The position numbers and the translations under genes were made by a program. This document shows, piece after piece, positions 28,172 to 38,203 of a stretch of 64,000 nt of DNA. Every line of letters begins with the position of its first letter. Positions within the stretch are counted from its first letter, which is position 1. The stretch lies in IMG/VR virus record IMGVR_UViG_3300037424_000564, positions 128,001 through 192,000 of that record, one strand, 5' to 3'. The notes under the pieces are model-generated. The model saw only the letters and a list, made by a program, of their open reading frames with translations. It did not search any database and was not told the origin of the DNA. This DNA comes from a virus. Lineage: Duplodnaviria > Caudoviricetes.

Positions 28172-30687
28172 TAATATGACCTCGCCAATCTACCAATATA
28201 TGATTGTGTATCACCAGTTACGATAATTGATGGAGGAATAACAGGACTACTACCTCCACCTGAACTAATACTTATATTATTTATCGCTTCTCTTGTTGTG
28301 TTAAATAATTTTTGTTGATTTCTCATATCAGTTATAGTTTCAGTATTTTTTAAAGTTGATCCTTCTGACACTTGATTTCGTCCATTTGTATTATTAATAA
28401 TATTATTAACGCCACCCTCATTAGTTAATCTAACAATAGGAGATTTCACTGTTGGTAGATTTCCAATGCTTGCAGGAGTAACGTTTGAAATAACCAAACC
28501 ACCGTCTGTTTTTGTTATATTTTCTTGATTGTTTATATTAGAACTATTGACTAATGACCCCATGCTAGGAACTGTTTGTGCTGATGAAGGAGCTGTATCT
28601 GTTTTCATTCTATTTAACGTATCAACACGATCTTTTTTGGCTACTGCTTTTTCTTTTTTGTCATCCCCGAAAAATTTATTGAATCCTTTACCTAATAATC
28701 CAACAGGGCTAAATTCAACCATTGCTGATAAACCTTTATATATTGTTTCAGGTTTAACTAGTCCTAATGATAGTGAAGATAAGGCACCAGCCGCAGTAGC
28801 CCCTGTTTTTTGTAATACTGATGCTTTTTCGCCTTTTTTAAGACCAGCTATTTGATCCGCATTTTTGAACCCCTTAAATCCACCGTGTATTGCCTGTCCA
28901 GCAGTTATAGCTAGTCCAATAGGACCAGCAAATTTAGCTAAACCACCTAGAAGAGGACCAGCTTTGCTAAGTAAACCAGCACCCTTAGATAGCAAACCAC
29001 CACCTGCTGCACTAGATAACAAACCACCACCTTTAGATAGTAAACCACCACCAGCTTTAGATACTTTAGTTAACAGTTTTCCTATTGTTGATGTTCCCTT
29101 TGGTCCTTTTGGTCCTTTTGAAGTAATTAAATCAGGGAAACCTCCATTTAATCCACCACGCATTTCATGCCAGTTAGTTATATATACTGGTGATCCTTCT
29201 CTACCAACAGCTTTAACTACAGTACTCAAACCGGGAATTTTTTTAATAAATTTATTTTTAGATAATGCACCAGTTAATTTACTGAATATAGATGATGATA
29301 TATTACTTAGAAATCCACTTTTCTCTGGTTGAGCTTCACCTTCAGTGCCTTCTTCTATTGTACCTTTACCTCCAAATAATGACCTAGCAGAAAGAATATT
29401 TTTAGGTTTAGATAATAAACTACCTCTAGCAACAGCATCTCTAGAATCTTCAAGAGCTTCTTCTGCGGTATGTTCTAATTTTTTTAAAGGTATTAATCTA
29501 TCAGCAATTAATTTTAATAATTGAGTAGTATTATCTTTAGCAGGAGTTACAGTTACTGTTTCTCCTTTATGAACTCTGAGATTATCTATTAATCCACCAG
29601 CACCAGATTCCTGTCCACCTTTAACACCAAATCGACCGCCTGTTTTAGCAGAGAAAGAAGACGATAAACCACCTGATCGTTTAAGTGATTTTATTAGTTT
29701 ACGCATTTCATCATTTGGTTCTGATGCTGCGAATGAAAGACCTTCGACACCTTTTTTTGATGTCGAAGCGGTGTGTCTTAATGATTTTCTGAAATTATAT
29801 ATTTCACTTTTTATGTTATTTTCTTTTTGCATTCTCTCATTTCTTTTTTGTGAAAGAGAAGTTGATAGCATCATTAATCCAGCAGAACCACCTAATAAAC
29901 CAGCCGCTTTTAATCCAAGAAGACCTGCTGATTTTAATTTTTCTTTACCTGATTCTTTTTTGAATTCGCCTGCTCTTTTTATAAGAGCATTTATTCCTTC
30001 AGGTATAGCCAACGGCAAACCACTACCCAAAGCAAGAGAAGCAGCTATAGCTGTTGCATTAACTCCTACTTTAGCATATTTTTTTACTTTACTAGTAACA
30101 ATTAATGTTTTTATTACATCAGATTCACCCTTAGCGAATGTACTGATTTCATTTAAAATAGCATTTGCTATAGTTATACTGTTTATTGTTGCCTTATGAA
30201 TCTTTACATCTTTTTTAATTTCTTCATTTATTTTACGTAATTCTTTGGATTTTTCGGTTATTTGAAGTTTAAGAGTATTTGAATTAGATATATCTAATTT
30301 AGATTTTCTTTTTTTACCCGCACCAATGTGTTTTAATTGTAATTTTAAATATGAAATATCATTTTCTAATAATTTTTTATTTACTTCTTTAATATATTTT
30401 TCTTTTTTATATTCTTTATTAGTAGTAACTTTTAATTCAGTAGAAAACTTTTTAAATTCGGTGAATGATTCATTAAGAGCCTTCTTTTGAGAATCGACAA
30501 AACTTTTTTTACCTATTAATTTTTGGCTTTCGTCAAAAGTATTTTTTAAATTAAGACTAACAAAAGACATGATTGAATATAACATAGTTCTTAACGATGT
30601 TACTTGCACCATATCATTTTTTCTTTGAATTTTAGCTTCAAAGATACGTAATGCTTGTTCGAATTTATCTAATGTTGTTTTTGCCAT
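28171..30687 (-). CDS. Tape-measure-like protein (gp29 position)
   Basis: 838 aa, G/A/L/K-rich with GGGLLSK repeats, between gp26/51 and gp48. Confidence 0.7.
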   Translation of the reverse strand: MAKTTLDKFEQALRIFEAKIQRKNDMVQVTSLRTMLYSIMSFVSLNLKNTFDESQKLIGKKSFVDSQKKALNESFTEFKKFSTELKVTTNKEYKKEKYIKEVNKKLLENDISYLKLQLKHIGAGKKRKSKLDISNSNTLKLQITEKSKELRKINEEIKKDVKIHKATINSITIANAILNEISTFAKGESDVIKTLIVTSKVKKYAKVGVNATAIAASLALGSGLPLAIPEGINALIKRAGEFKKESGKEKLKSAGLLGLKAAGLLGGSAGLMMLSTSLSQKRNERMQKENNIKSEIYNFRKSLRHTASTSKKGVEGLSFAASEPNDEMRKLIKSLKRSGGLSSSFSAKTGGRFGVKGGQESGAGGLIDNLRVHKGETVTVTPAKDNTTQLLKLIADRLIPLKKLEHTAEEALEDSRDAVARGSLLSKPKNILSARSLFGGKGTIEEGTEGEAQPEKSGFLSNISSSIFSKLTGALSKNKFIKKIPGLSTVVKAVGREGSPVYITNWHEMRGGLNGGFPDLITSKGPKGPKGTSTIGKLLTKVSKAGGGLLSKGGGLLSSAAGGGLLSKGAGLLSKAGPLLGGLAKFAGPIGLAITAGQAIHGGFKGFKNADQIAGLKKGEKASVLQKTGATAAGALSSLSLGLVKPETIYKGLSAMVEFSPVGLLGKGFNKFFGDDKKEKAVAKKDRVDTLNRMKTDTAPSSAQTVPSMGSLVNSSNINNQENITKTDGGLVISNVTPASIGNLPTVKSPIVRLTNEGGVNNIINNTNGRNQVSEGSTLKNTETITDMRNQQKLFNTTREAINNISISSGGGSSPVIPPSIIVTGDTQSYIGRLARSY

Positions 30688-30689
30688 AT

Positions 30690-30881
30690 TTATCTACCAA
30701 TAGTTGATTTAGCTGCTACTCTATCTTTTATATCTTTAATACACATCGCATGATATATTTCCAATTCAAAAGGATACATATCAAATATTTCAAATGTACT
30801 ATATCCACTTTCTTTTTTCATAGCATACATCATAGTATAAAGTTCAGATATAGATATATCAAAGATTATAAAACTAAAAAA
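30690..30881 (-). CDS. gp51-like frame, probably reached by -1 frameshift from gp26
   Basis: Manual translation FFSFIIFDISISELYTMMYAMKKESGYSTFEIFDMYPFELEIYHAMCIKDIKDRVAAKSTIGR*; no ATG at its 5' end; begins at a T_TTT_TTA heptamer. Confidence 0.6.
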   Translation of the reverse strand, partial: FFSFIIFDISISELYTMMYAMKKESGYSTFEIFDMYPFELEIYHAMCIKDIKDRVAAKSTIGR

Positions 30882-31582
30882 CTTAACAAATCACCAAAGT
30901 CAATTTTAATATCTTCTTTACATTTAATACACTTAATTGTTCTACTTAGAGATACATCTGAAATTTTAGAATTAAAACTTTTATAAATTTTTTCCATATC
31001 AAGAGGATCAAGAGGATCAAGGAATGTAATAACTTCATCTTCAGTAAATGAAGTATATGTTGTATCTTTATATGTAATACCTACTATTGAATTAATAATA
31101 TAATAGTAAGTATATTTTGCATCAGAAGATCCATACTTTTTCATTAAATCCATAGATTTATTATAAGAAAGATCGCCAAATGTAATAATTAAATCATTAT
31201 TTACAGGAACAGGTGACATATCAAATTTTTTAACCACTAGATTATCAGTAAGATTTACTTCATCCTGCAAAGACATATTACATTTAGGACATTTGTAGTT
31301 ATATTCAATCGTTTCACCTTTAGAAAGTTTTCTAATTTCAACACAAACTTTTTTGATATCTTGTTCTGATAATACATTAAATTTAGCTGTATCATCAACA
31401 CAATTTTTTAAAAACGAGATTATATATTTAATTTTATTTGCTTCTGCATCTTCTTCAGATTCTAATGCAAATAATAGTTCCTTTTCATCTTTAACTTTCC
31501 AACCTCGCGCACCGATTGCTTTACCTGATGGTAAATTGTTTTTAACAAAATTCACTTCTTCGTTCATTTTTGGTAGTGCCAT
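30866..31582 (-). CDS. gp26-like baseplate hub assembly protein
   Basis: MALPKM...LPSGK...R.WKVKDEK.LL.A, EIRKLSKGE, CPKC, CIKC. Confidence 0.8.
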   Translation of the reverse strand: MALPKMNEEVNFVKNNLPSGKAIGARGWKVKDEKELLFALESEEDAEANKIKYIISFLKNCVDDTAKFNVLSEQDIKKVCVEIRKLSKGETIEYNYKCPKCNMSLQDEVNLTDNLVVKKFDMSPVPVNNDLIITFGDLSYNKSMDLMKKYGSSDAKYTYYYIINSIVGITYKDTTYTSFTEDEVITFLDPLDPLDMEKIYKSFNSKISDVSLSRTIKCIKCKEDIKIDFGDLLSFLVL

Positions 31583-31595
31583 GATTTATCTCCTT

Positions 31596-32255
31596 TTATT
31601 TGTTCCATTCTTGTCTGGAATCTCTATTGCCATTTGTTGAAATATGATAGTTATCGCTGTTATCTAACGGAGTTATATTATGAAACATGTATTTAAATTT
31701 TACAGTTGTTTGAATTACTTCACCACCTCTAGAATAGTTATAAGTAATACCAGATACATCATATGGAAATACATTAACAAATCTATCACAATAATAAGCA
31801 TCACCATGATAGTTCAATGGAAATATTAAAAATTCTGATGGACTTGGCATATAATCTGCCATATAATTACGAACAACCCCATTCTCAGATACATTCACTG
31901 CTTCTGACATCCAAGAGAAAAAGAATCGTCTTAATAACAAGTCAGGAGTTTCATAGAATGTTATTGAAAGATCAGAGTCTGTTCTGCCTTTGAAGTAAAA
32001 TCTTTTTGCGCCATTTATTTCTAATTCAGATGGACTAATTGATATATTTGGTAATTCACAAGATGCTACTTGAAATTCTAACCATCCATTTTTTCTAAAC
32101 TGTGCTTTATTTTTTGGTGCATTGAGTAAACAAACAAATCTATTAGATAAAGGAATACCATGATTATCACCAATAGTAGAAATTTGTTTAAACTGTTCTA
32201 TATCAATAAAATTTAAATATGATTTTGGTTGAATTCCATCTAATGTATTTGGCAT
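31596..32255 (-). CDS. gp19/gp54-family tail tube protein, paralog 3
   Basis: SNRF, SCELP, LSITFYE, W, FP.DV...Y, TVKFKY. Confidence 0.7.
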   Translation of the reverse strand: MPNTLDGIQPKSYLNFIDIEQFKQISTIGDNHGIPLSNRFVCLLNAPKNKAQFRKNGWLEFQVASCELPNISISPSELEINGAKRFYFKGRTDSDLSITFYETPDLLLRRFFFSWMSEAVNVSENGVVRNYMADYMPSPSEFLIFPLNYHGDAYYCDRFVNVFPYDVSGITYNYSRGGEVIQTTVKFKYMFHNITPLDNSDNYHISTNGNRDSRQEWNK

Positions 32256-32272
32256 TTTAATTCCTATTTAAA

Positions 32273-32947
32273 TTATGTATACTTCTTATAAATGTTATGC
32301 ATTGTAAATTTGAAAGTTACAGTAAACTCTTCAACTGCATTTTCTGTGTCTTGTGATAACTCGATAGCTGATATAGTTTGGGGCCAAGCATTTGTTAATT
32401 CGATTGCATATACTTCATTTAATTGACTATCAAATTGGTGAATCGAAACATGCCCTTGCATCGCTAATAATGGAATAGATCCTTTATTTTCTTCCCAGTT
32501 ATATATTGCCACACGTTGCCAATTGTTAAACATAGATCTTAAATTAAAATCAGAATCATTAATGAATGTAATAGACACATCACCATAATTAACTTCATTT
32601 GTAGGTATAAATAATTTTTGTCCAGCACGTTCTAATAGATATTCTTTAATACTAATTTGTGGGAAATCTGCTTTTTTTGCAAATGCTGTTATTAATTTAT
32701 CTATATTTTGCCATTCTGCTTTTTTATATATATCATCTGGTGGAACAATGTTTACTTTAAAAAGATTTGGTCTTGCTAAATCTCTAATTAATTGCGATTT
32801 TAAATAATTAATATGAAAACTAGACGGGTCAATACCAGATTTTAAAGAACTAATATCTTTTGGATATTGATTAGACTCTAATCCCTGATTATTACCACTA
32901 AATTCAAATTTACGTGGAGTAATTGGTACTTTTGATGGTATTGCCAT
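32273..32947 (-). CDS. gp19-family tail tube protein, paralog 2
   Basis: LARPNLFKV, ADFP, YGDVSITFIND, AWPQTISAIELS, EEFTVTF. Confidence 0.85.
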   Translation of the reverse strand: MAIPSKVPITPRKFEFSGNNQGLESNQYPKDISSLKSGIDPSSFHINYLKSQLIRDLARPNLFKVNIVPPDDIYKKAEWQNIDKLITAFAKKADFPQISIKEYLLERAGQKLFIPTNEVNYGDVSITFINDSDFNLRSMFNNWQRVAIYNWEENKGSIPLLAMQGHVSIHQFDSQLNEVYAIELTNAWPQTISAIELSQDTENAVEEFTVTFKFTMHNIYKKYT

Positions 32948-32950
32948 TAT

Positions 32951-33493
32951 TTATTCCTCATACATATCTAGATTTTCAAAATAAGAATATGAAAAATCAA
33001 CTGTAAATTTTTCAATTTGGTCAGTATTAGTCATATCTAAATCAATAGCTGACATACTAATTGGGAATACGTCATAAAATTTATAGCTTGCTAACGATGA
33101 AACATCAGTTCTTCCTTTTTGATTTACGACTATTGTTGCCCCAAGCATATTAGCTGCATATGTTTTTTCGTTATTGTCTGCAACTCGTTGGCCACCAAAT
33201 TCCATCCATTTTTCAATTAAAGATTTACCAACAAAATCATAATCATTTAAAAATGTTATTGATAAGTTTTGTTTAGAATAATCTCCCGGTAATTTTAATT
33301 CCATACCATGAAACTTAATTGAGACTTCTCCTTGTGATCTACTAGGAATTGAAGCTGATTGTGCAGTCCAAGTAAAAATTTCTATTTTAGATGTATCTAT
33401 ACCTATAGTAGAAGGTATATAAACCTCTACTGTAAATCTATTAGGTCTAGCAAAATCTGAAAGTTGATTTTTAAAATCTTTAAGTTTAATCAT
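32951..33493 (-). CDS. gp19-family tail tube protein, paralog 1
   Basis: FARPNRFTV, SASIPS, LKLPGD, ITFLND, FPISMSAIDL, EKFTVDFSY. Confidence 0.88.
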   Translation of the reverse strand: MIKLKDFKNQLSDFARPNRFTVEVYIPSTIGIDTSKIEIFTWTAQSASIPSRSQGEVSIKFHGMELKLPGDYSKQNLSITFLNDYDFVGKSLIEKWMEFGGQRVADNNEKTYAANMLGATIVVNQKGRTDVSSLASYKFYDVFPISMSAIDLDMTNTDQIEKFTVDFSYSYFENLDMYEE

Positions 33494-33685
33494 TATTTCT
33501 TTTCATGATCAATTGAAATTATCTTATCGATGTTGATAAGACATTTATCTAAAATAATTACGTTATTATCAAAGTCAACAACTAAACCACTCAACATAGT
33601 TTTATTGTCTAAAAATACCTTTACAGGAATTTTTTTATATTGTGCATCATTTAAATATTCGTTATATGCCATTGTCTGTCTTCCT

Positions 33686-34132
33686 TTATTTTATTAGTAC
33701 AATTCCTGTGATACCAACAATACATGCTGAAACAAATCCTACCCCAAACCATGTAAATCGTGACGGTTTAGATTCTGTACATTTATTAAACCCATCTGAA
33801 CATTTATTATATTCCTCTTCAAACCTATCACCACGTACTTTATACACATCTTTATCTTTTTCTAGAAGTGATATTTTTTTGATATATTCATCAGATAGCA
33901 ATAAGTATTTATTATTTTGTTCGCTTAGGAGAAATATCTTCTTTTCATAAAATTTATTCTTCTCTAATGAAAAATAATATTCACTAGTTATTTTTCTAGC
34001 AGTATCTAATGTAATACCTGTAGTAATTGGCGTTTGATCTTCACTTTGTGCTGGAATCGCTTGTAGTGGTATCAGGGTTATTATTCCAATACAAATTAAT
34101 TTCTTCAAAAGTTTTATCTTTGAATTTATCAT
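33686..34132 (-). CDS. Envelope protein with signal-like N-terminus, coiled coil and C-terminal TM (spanin-like candidate)
   Basis: Hydrophobic N- and C-termini; overlaps upstream TM gene. Confidence 0.45.
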   Translation of the reverse strand: MINSKIKLLKKLICIGIITLIPLQAIPAQSEDQTPITTGITLDTARKITSEYYFSLEKNKFYEKKIFLLSEQNNKYLLLSDEYIKKISLLEKDKDVYKVRGDRFEEEYNKCSDGFNKCTESKPSRFTWFGVGFVSACIVGITGIVLIK

Positions 34133-34436
34133 AGGATGCCTCTTTTGTTGGTTTAGTTTTATCCAACTGTTTTATTTCATTATTAGTCTTTTTTATACTC
34201 TTATTTAGTACATCTATATCACGATCAATTTTTGGATACTCTGTTTTTTCTCGGTCTTCTACTTCCGCTAATGGTTTATTGATATCAATTTTAGTTTCTA
34301 TTGTACTATGACTTCGTTTTAATGCTTCTAATTCTGTTTTTGCTGATTGCATAGAATTCCACATGAATATAAATCCAAGAAGAAATAATATATAAACAAT
34401 AGTATTAGCTATTAGTACTTTTATTTTACTGTCCAT
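34041..34436 (-). CDS. N-terminal TM plus coiled coil (i-spanin-like candidate)
   Basis: VLIANTIVYILFLLGFIFMW then heptads. Confidence 0.45.
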   Translation of the reverse strand: MDSKIKVLIANTIVYILFLLGFIFMWNSMQSAKTELEALKRSHSTIETKIDINKPLAEVEDREKTEYPKIDRDIDVLNKSIKKTNNEIKQLDKTKPTKEASYDKFKDKTFEEINLYWNNNPDTTTSDSSTK

Positions 34437-34637
34437 AATTACTCCTTATTATTTTAGTTTAGGTACTTTTTTGATTATACCAGTTAGTTTAAAAAAATTA
34501 CCATCAATAGTTCGTAAATATAGTTCGCTATCATGATTAGATGGTTTTAATGCTTCTTTTATGCTATCCATGTCTTTTGCTTTTATTGAAACATCTATAA
34601 TAGTTTTTTGCATATAATTCCTTTCATACTTTTATAT

Positions 34638-34645
34638 TATTTATA
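34638..34645 (-). promoter_or_regulatory. T4-type late promoter TATAAATA
   Basis: Exact consensus right after a terminator, upstream of tail genes. Confidence 0.75.
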
Positions 34646-34647
34646 AT

Positions 34648-34679
34648 AAAAAAGAGACTGGAAATTCCAGTCTCTTTTT
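34648..34679 (-). terminator. Intrinsic terminator
   Basis: AAAAAGAGACTGGA-AAT-TCCAGTCTCTTTTT. Confidence 0.9.
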
Positions 34680-34699
34680 GATAAAGTATGTGATATAAT

Positions 34700-35407
34700 T
34701 TAATTCATATCAAATTCATGTTTCTTAAATACTTTTACTACTATTTGACTATATCCACTTACCATTTGAACTGTTGCATCAGGTAATAATTGTTTTATAT
34801 AAGAAGCCAATTCACCAGAAGTAAATCCCTTTTGATAACTACCTCTAGTACGATCAAGTATTTCTCCATTTTCTTTATTTAATACTAAAGCAGTTTTGGC
34901 ACCTAGCACGTCAGCCTTTGAACGGACACCAATGATAGCAACTCCTTCAGGCTTTAAATGTGACCAAATGTCTTTAACGATGTGATCCCTTATATCTTGT
35001 TCTACTACATTTAAAACAGCAGAATTTATAATATAATCGTACTGTTTATTTGGAAGTGAATTTAAACCACTATGAGTAATATCTACAGCTTTGTTATGTG
35101 GAAATGGTTCGTATGATTCTATATGAGCATCATATTCATCTCTAAGCATTGCAGATCCCATACCAAGACCAGCAGAATAATCCAATCCAATACCTTCTTT
35201 GTTTTCAGGAGGAAGAGAATTAAAAAATTTAGCATATGATGCAGTTGTATTAGAACGTTGTGTTGGATGACCAGCATCAGGGTTGAATTTGATACCTTCT
35301 TTTTTTCGGATAGCATCTACTTCTTCTGAAGTGAAACCTCCTTTATGATCATCAAAATAGCTATTATCATCTTCACTTAACAACATATATAATGCAAATT
35401 TACTCAT
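34700..35407 (-). CDS. Class I SAM-dependent methyltransferase
   Basis: GLDYSAGLG motif I, YEPF, YDYIINSAVLNVVE; likely start MSKFALY. Confidence 0.8.
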   Translation of the reverse strand: MSKFALYMLLSEDDNSYFDDHKGGFTSEEVDAIRKKEGIKFNPDAGHPTQRSNTTASYAKFFNSLPPENKEGIGLDYSAGLGMGSAMLRDEYDAHIESYEPFPHNKAVDITHSGLNSLPNKQYDYIINSAVLNVVEQDIRDHIVKDIWSHLKPEGVAIIGVRSKADVLGAKTALVLNKENGEILDRTRGSYQKGFTSGELASYIKQLLPDATVQMVSGYSQIVVKVFKKHEFDMN

Positions 35408-35409
35408 AA

Positions 35410-35769
35410 TTAATCCTTCTTCTGCCATGCATGGTTGCAGTTTTTACATTCATACATTTTTTGTTTAGGATATTCTAATACTTTTTTGTGTCCACACTTA
35501 GGACATTTCATATCAGATGATTGATATTTATCTTTGTCTAATTTCTCAAGTTCTAAAAATAATTCAAATTTAGATTCTTTCATAACTTTTTCTCTTGTAC
35601 GATTGATAAGCATTTGACGATAACGCATATTATCAGGTGTTATACCTTCTTTATCAAGTTCAGATGTTACTGAACGCCAAACACGCTCAACATCATCAAC
35701 AGATTTTTTAATACCTTTTGCTTTTGCTTGTAAAGATAAATCCTTCCAATAATCTTCTACTTTACTCAT
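35410..35769 (-). CDS. Hypothetical protein with C-terminal zinc ribbon
   Basis: CPKCGH...YECKNCNHAW. Confidence 0.65.
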   Translation of the reverse strand: MSKVEDYWKDLSLQAKAKGIKKSVDDVERVWRSVTSELDKEGITPDNMRYRQMLINRTREKVMKESKFELFLELEKLDKDKYQSSDMKCPKCGHKKVLEYPKQKMYECKNCNHAWQKKD

Positions 35770-35785
35770 ATTATACATCCTTATT

Positions 35786-36619
35786 TTATATTGTATTTAA
35801 AATTTGGTTCATGTCATCCCAAGATGGTATTTTTTTCATTGCAGATGGTAATAAATCTTCTCTATGCAATCTCTTTATAAAATTTTGAATAAAAATTTCA
35901 TAATCATTTTTATTCTTGAAATTTTTGAAATTTGCCATTAATGACGCTTTTTTCTGGAATAATTTCTCCCAAGTCAAATTATCAAATTCTTTTTCTGATA
36001 ATTCTCTTTTAACTTGCTTTATTGCATGTATTTGAGAATTAATTTCAAAATTAGTATGATTAACACTATTAAATTTTCCAATTATCCCTTTAATATTATT
36101 ATATTCATTTGCTTTACTAATTTTTTTAGAGATAAAAGAATTATGTGTTACGTCATCAATCCAATGTACTAGTTCATGATAAATAGTTGCTTTTATTGAA
36201 TGTGAAGTAAATTCATTAAAAAATCTAGGAGTTTGGACATTTAAAAATTTTTCAATTGAACTTTTATTAAATTTTTGATTTCGTAGAAATGTAAATGCAG
36301 GCATATTTAATGATATTTGTAATGTATTATTATTAGGTCTATAAAAACTTCCATTATCAAATATACCAACACGTATAGATACTGGTTTTATTTCAGATGC
36401 TTCTATGCTTGAATTGTTTTTCAATTCAGTAGAAGGAAATATAGCAAACTCATACCCATCACTAGAGTTAGTTTTTCTTAAAATATCATATATATAATCT
36501 TCATCAATTTCTTGCAAAGCTTTGATAAATTTATTCATATTTGATTTATTGTAAATATAATCAACATCATCATTTAAATCATATGTTTTTTCGATAATAT
36601 ATTGTTCAAATTTACTCAT
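35786..36619 (-). CDS. HExxH zinc-metallopeptidase-like protein with capsid-targeting-like N-terminus
   Basis: TIYHELVHWID...E; starts MSKFEQYIIE. Confidence 0.6.
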   Translation of the reverse strand: MSKFEQYIIEKTYDLNDDVDYIYNKSNMNKFIKALQEIDEDYIYDILRKTNSSDGYEFAIFPSTELKNNSSIEASEIKPVSIRVGIFDNGSFYRPNNNTLQISLNMPAFTFLRNQKFNKSSIEKFLNVQTPRFFNEFTSHSIKATIYHELVHWIDDVTHNSFISKKISKANEYNNIKGIIGKFNSVNHTNFEINSQIHAIKQVKRELSEKEFDNLTWEKLFQKKASLMANFKNFKNKNDYEIFIQNFIKRLHREDLLPSAMKKIPSWDDMNQILNTI

Positions 36620-36833
36620 GTATTTTTTCTACTTTATAATTATTAGATTTAAAATGATTAGAAACTAACCCTACATTTCTATTTAGTTTTTTTGCTAACT
36701 GAGAAAGCATATTTCTATGTGCAGATACTTCACTTGGAGCAGATGTATATAGAATATGATTCTCTTGATACCAATTATAAGTACCTTTATACTTATTTTG
36801 TGCTTCAGTTAAAAACTGTTCGAATTTAGTCAT
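36612..36833 (-). CDS. Small protein with capsid-targeting-like N-terminus
   Basis: Starts MTKFEQFLTE; TATAAATA upstream at 36853-36860. Confidence 0.65.
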   Translation of the reverse strand: MTKFEQFLTEAQNKYKGTYNWYQENHILYTSAPSEVSAHRNMLSQLAKKLNRNVGLVSNHFKSNNYKVEKIHE

Positions 36834-36852
36834 TATATTATTCCTTTATATT

Positions 36853-36864
36853 TATTTATAAATA
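36853..36864. promoter_or_regulatory. Overlapping bidirectional late promoters
   Basis: TATTTATAAATA contains TATAAATA on both strands; a third minus-strand copy at 36931-36938. Confidence 0.7.
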
Positions 36865-36940
36865 ATGAGTGAGATTTGATATTAGTAGTATCAAATCAAC
36901 AGTAGGGTGAACTGCTGTCCTCATTATATCTATTTATAGG

Positions 36941-37708
36941 GTGAATACAATGAATAATTTCTATAATTATATCTATCTTGATCCAAGAAAATCTGGCAAA
37001 TTTACATATGAAGGCTTAAATTTTAGTTTATTGTACGAACCATATTACGTTGGTAAAGGTTGCAGAAATAGATATATTGTGCATTTAATGAATCATTCGT
37101 TAAAATATAAAAATTTTAAAAATTCTATAATTAAAAAATTGCTTTCAAGTAATATAGATAAACAAACATTAAAAACTTTTATAATGAAATTAAATGTAAA
37201 TACATCAAATATAGATGCTAATATAAATGAAACATTATTAATAACTACTATAGGAAGACGGAATAATAATACTGGTAGTTTATCTAATTTATGTGATGGT
37301 GGAGATGGAGTAGTTGGTCATATTAGTAATAAAAAATATAAAAAATATGAAGAATTATATGGCATTGAAAAGTCAAATTTAATTAAAGAAAAGATAAAAT
37401 ATATTGGTATTGATAACGGATTTTATAATAAAACCCATTCAGAAAAACAAAAACAACTTTGGACAAATACTCGTAAAGGAAAATTAAATAATAAAGCTAA
37501 AAAGTATAAATTTATATCACCTAATAATGTTGAATATATTGTACACGGAGAATTAATTAAATTTATAAAAGAACATAATTTACCAAAAAGACAACTACTT
37601 TATCATATGGATAGATATTGTAATGTTGGAATAATAAAAGATTTTATGATAATACCAACAAGAGGGAATGCTAAAATATTAATTGGTTGGATTATAACAC
37701 TACAGTAA
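36941..37708 (+). mobile_element. Free-standing GIY-YIG (Seg-like) homing endonuclease with NUMOD3 motif
   Basis: YNYIYLDPRK...EPYYVGKG..R; NGFYNKTHSEKQK; opposite strand to neighbours, very AT-rich. Confidence 0.85.
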
Positions 37709-38203
37709 TGGAGCTACTTGAGTATTCCAAAAATTTAAACTTCCTATTTTTGATTTTGGAATATTATTTTTATTTACTATAATAGTCCAATGTAATGAGT
37801 GTTGTTTACTTTGTTCTACATCAAACCCATCATAATTATCATCTACAAATTGCCATTTATGATGATAAATAATTTTACCACTTTTTTGATGTGTTTTATT
37901 ATTTACCCACTCATCTATTATAGGTTCGGGGTTACTATTAAAGTCACTAGATTTTATAAAAGAAAATATACCAGTTTTCGGATTATACTTCACTACCACA
38001 TAGTCATAATTTTTAGGGAGAGCATTCTTTGCATTTTGAAGTGGACCAGATGGAAACTGATCTTCATATTGACGATGAACATAAACCTCACCACCGATAA
38101 CTTTACCAATTGGATATCCAGCACCGCCACGTTTTAATCCAAGCTTTTTTAGCTTAGAATCAATATCTACATCTTCATTTATATATTGTTTAAATGAATA
38201 TAT
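37700..38203 (-). CDS. Protein resembling a non-catalytic domain of phosphorothioation-associated methyltransferases; non-ATG start
   Basis: Frame of track ORF 37700..37999 is open up to 38212: YSFKQYINE...GKVIGGEVYVHRQY...FSFIKSSDF..PEP...IYHHKWQFV; AAGGA SD at 38217-38213. Confidence 0.6.
   Translation of the reverse strand: MYSFKQYINEDVDIDSKLKKLGLKRGGAGYPIGKVIGGEVYVHRQYEDQFPSGPLQNAKNALPKNYDYVVVKYNPKTGIFSFIKSSDFNSNPEPIIDEWVNNKTHQKSGKIIYHHKWQFVDDNYDGFDVEQSKQHSLHWTIIVNKNNIPKSKIGSLNFWNTQVAPLL

Noticed and set aside
28529-30199. Long plus-strand ORFs antisense to the tape-measure gene, and similar ones opposite gp23, gp46 and cca
   Set aside because: Shadow ORFs arising from codon bias of the real genes
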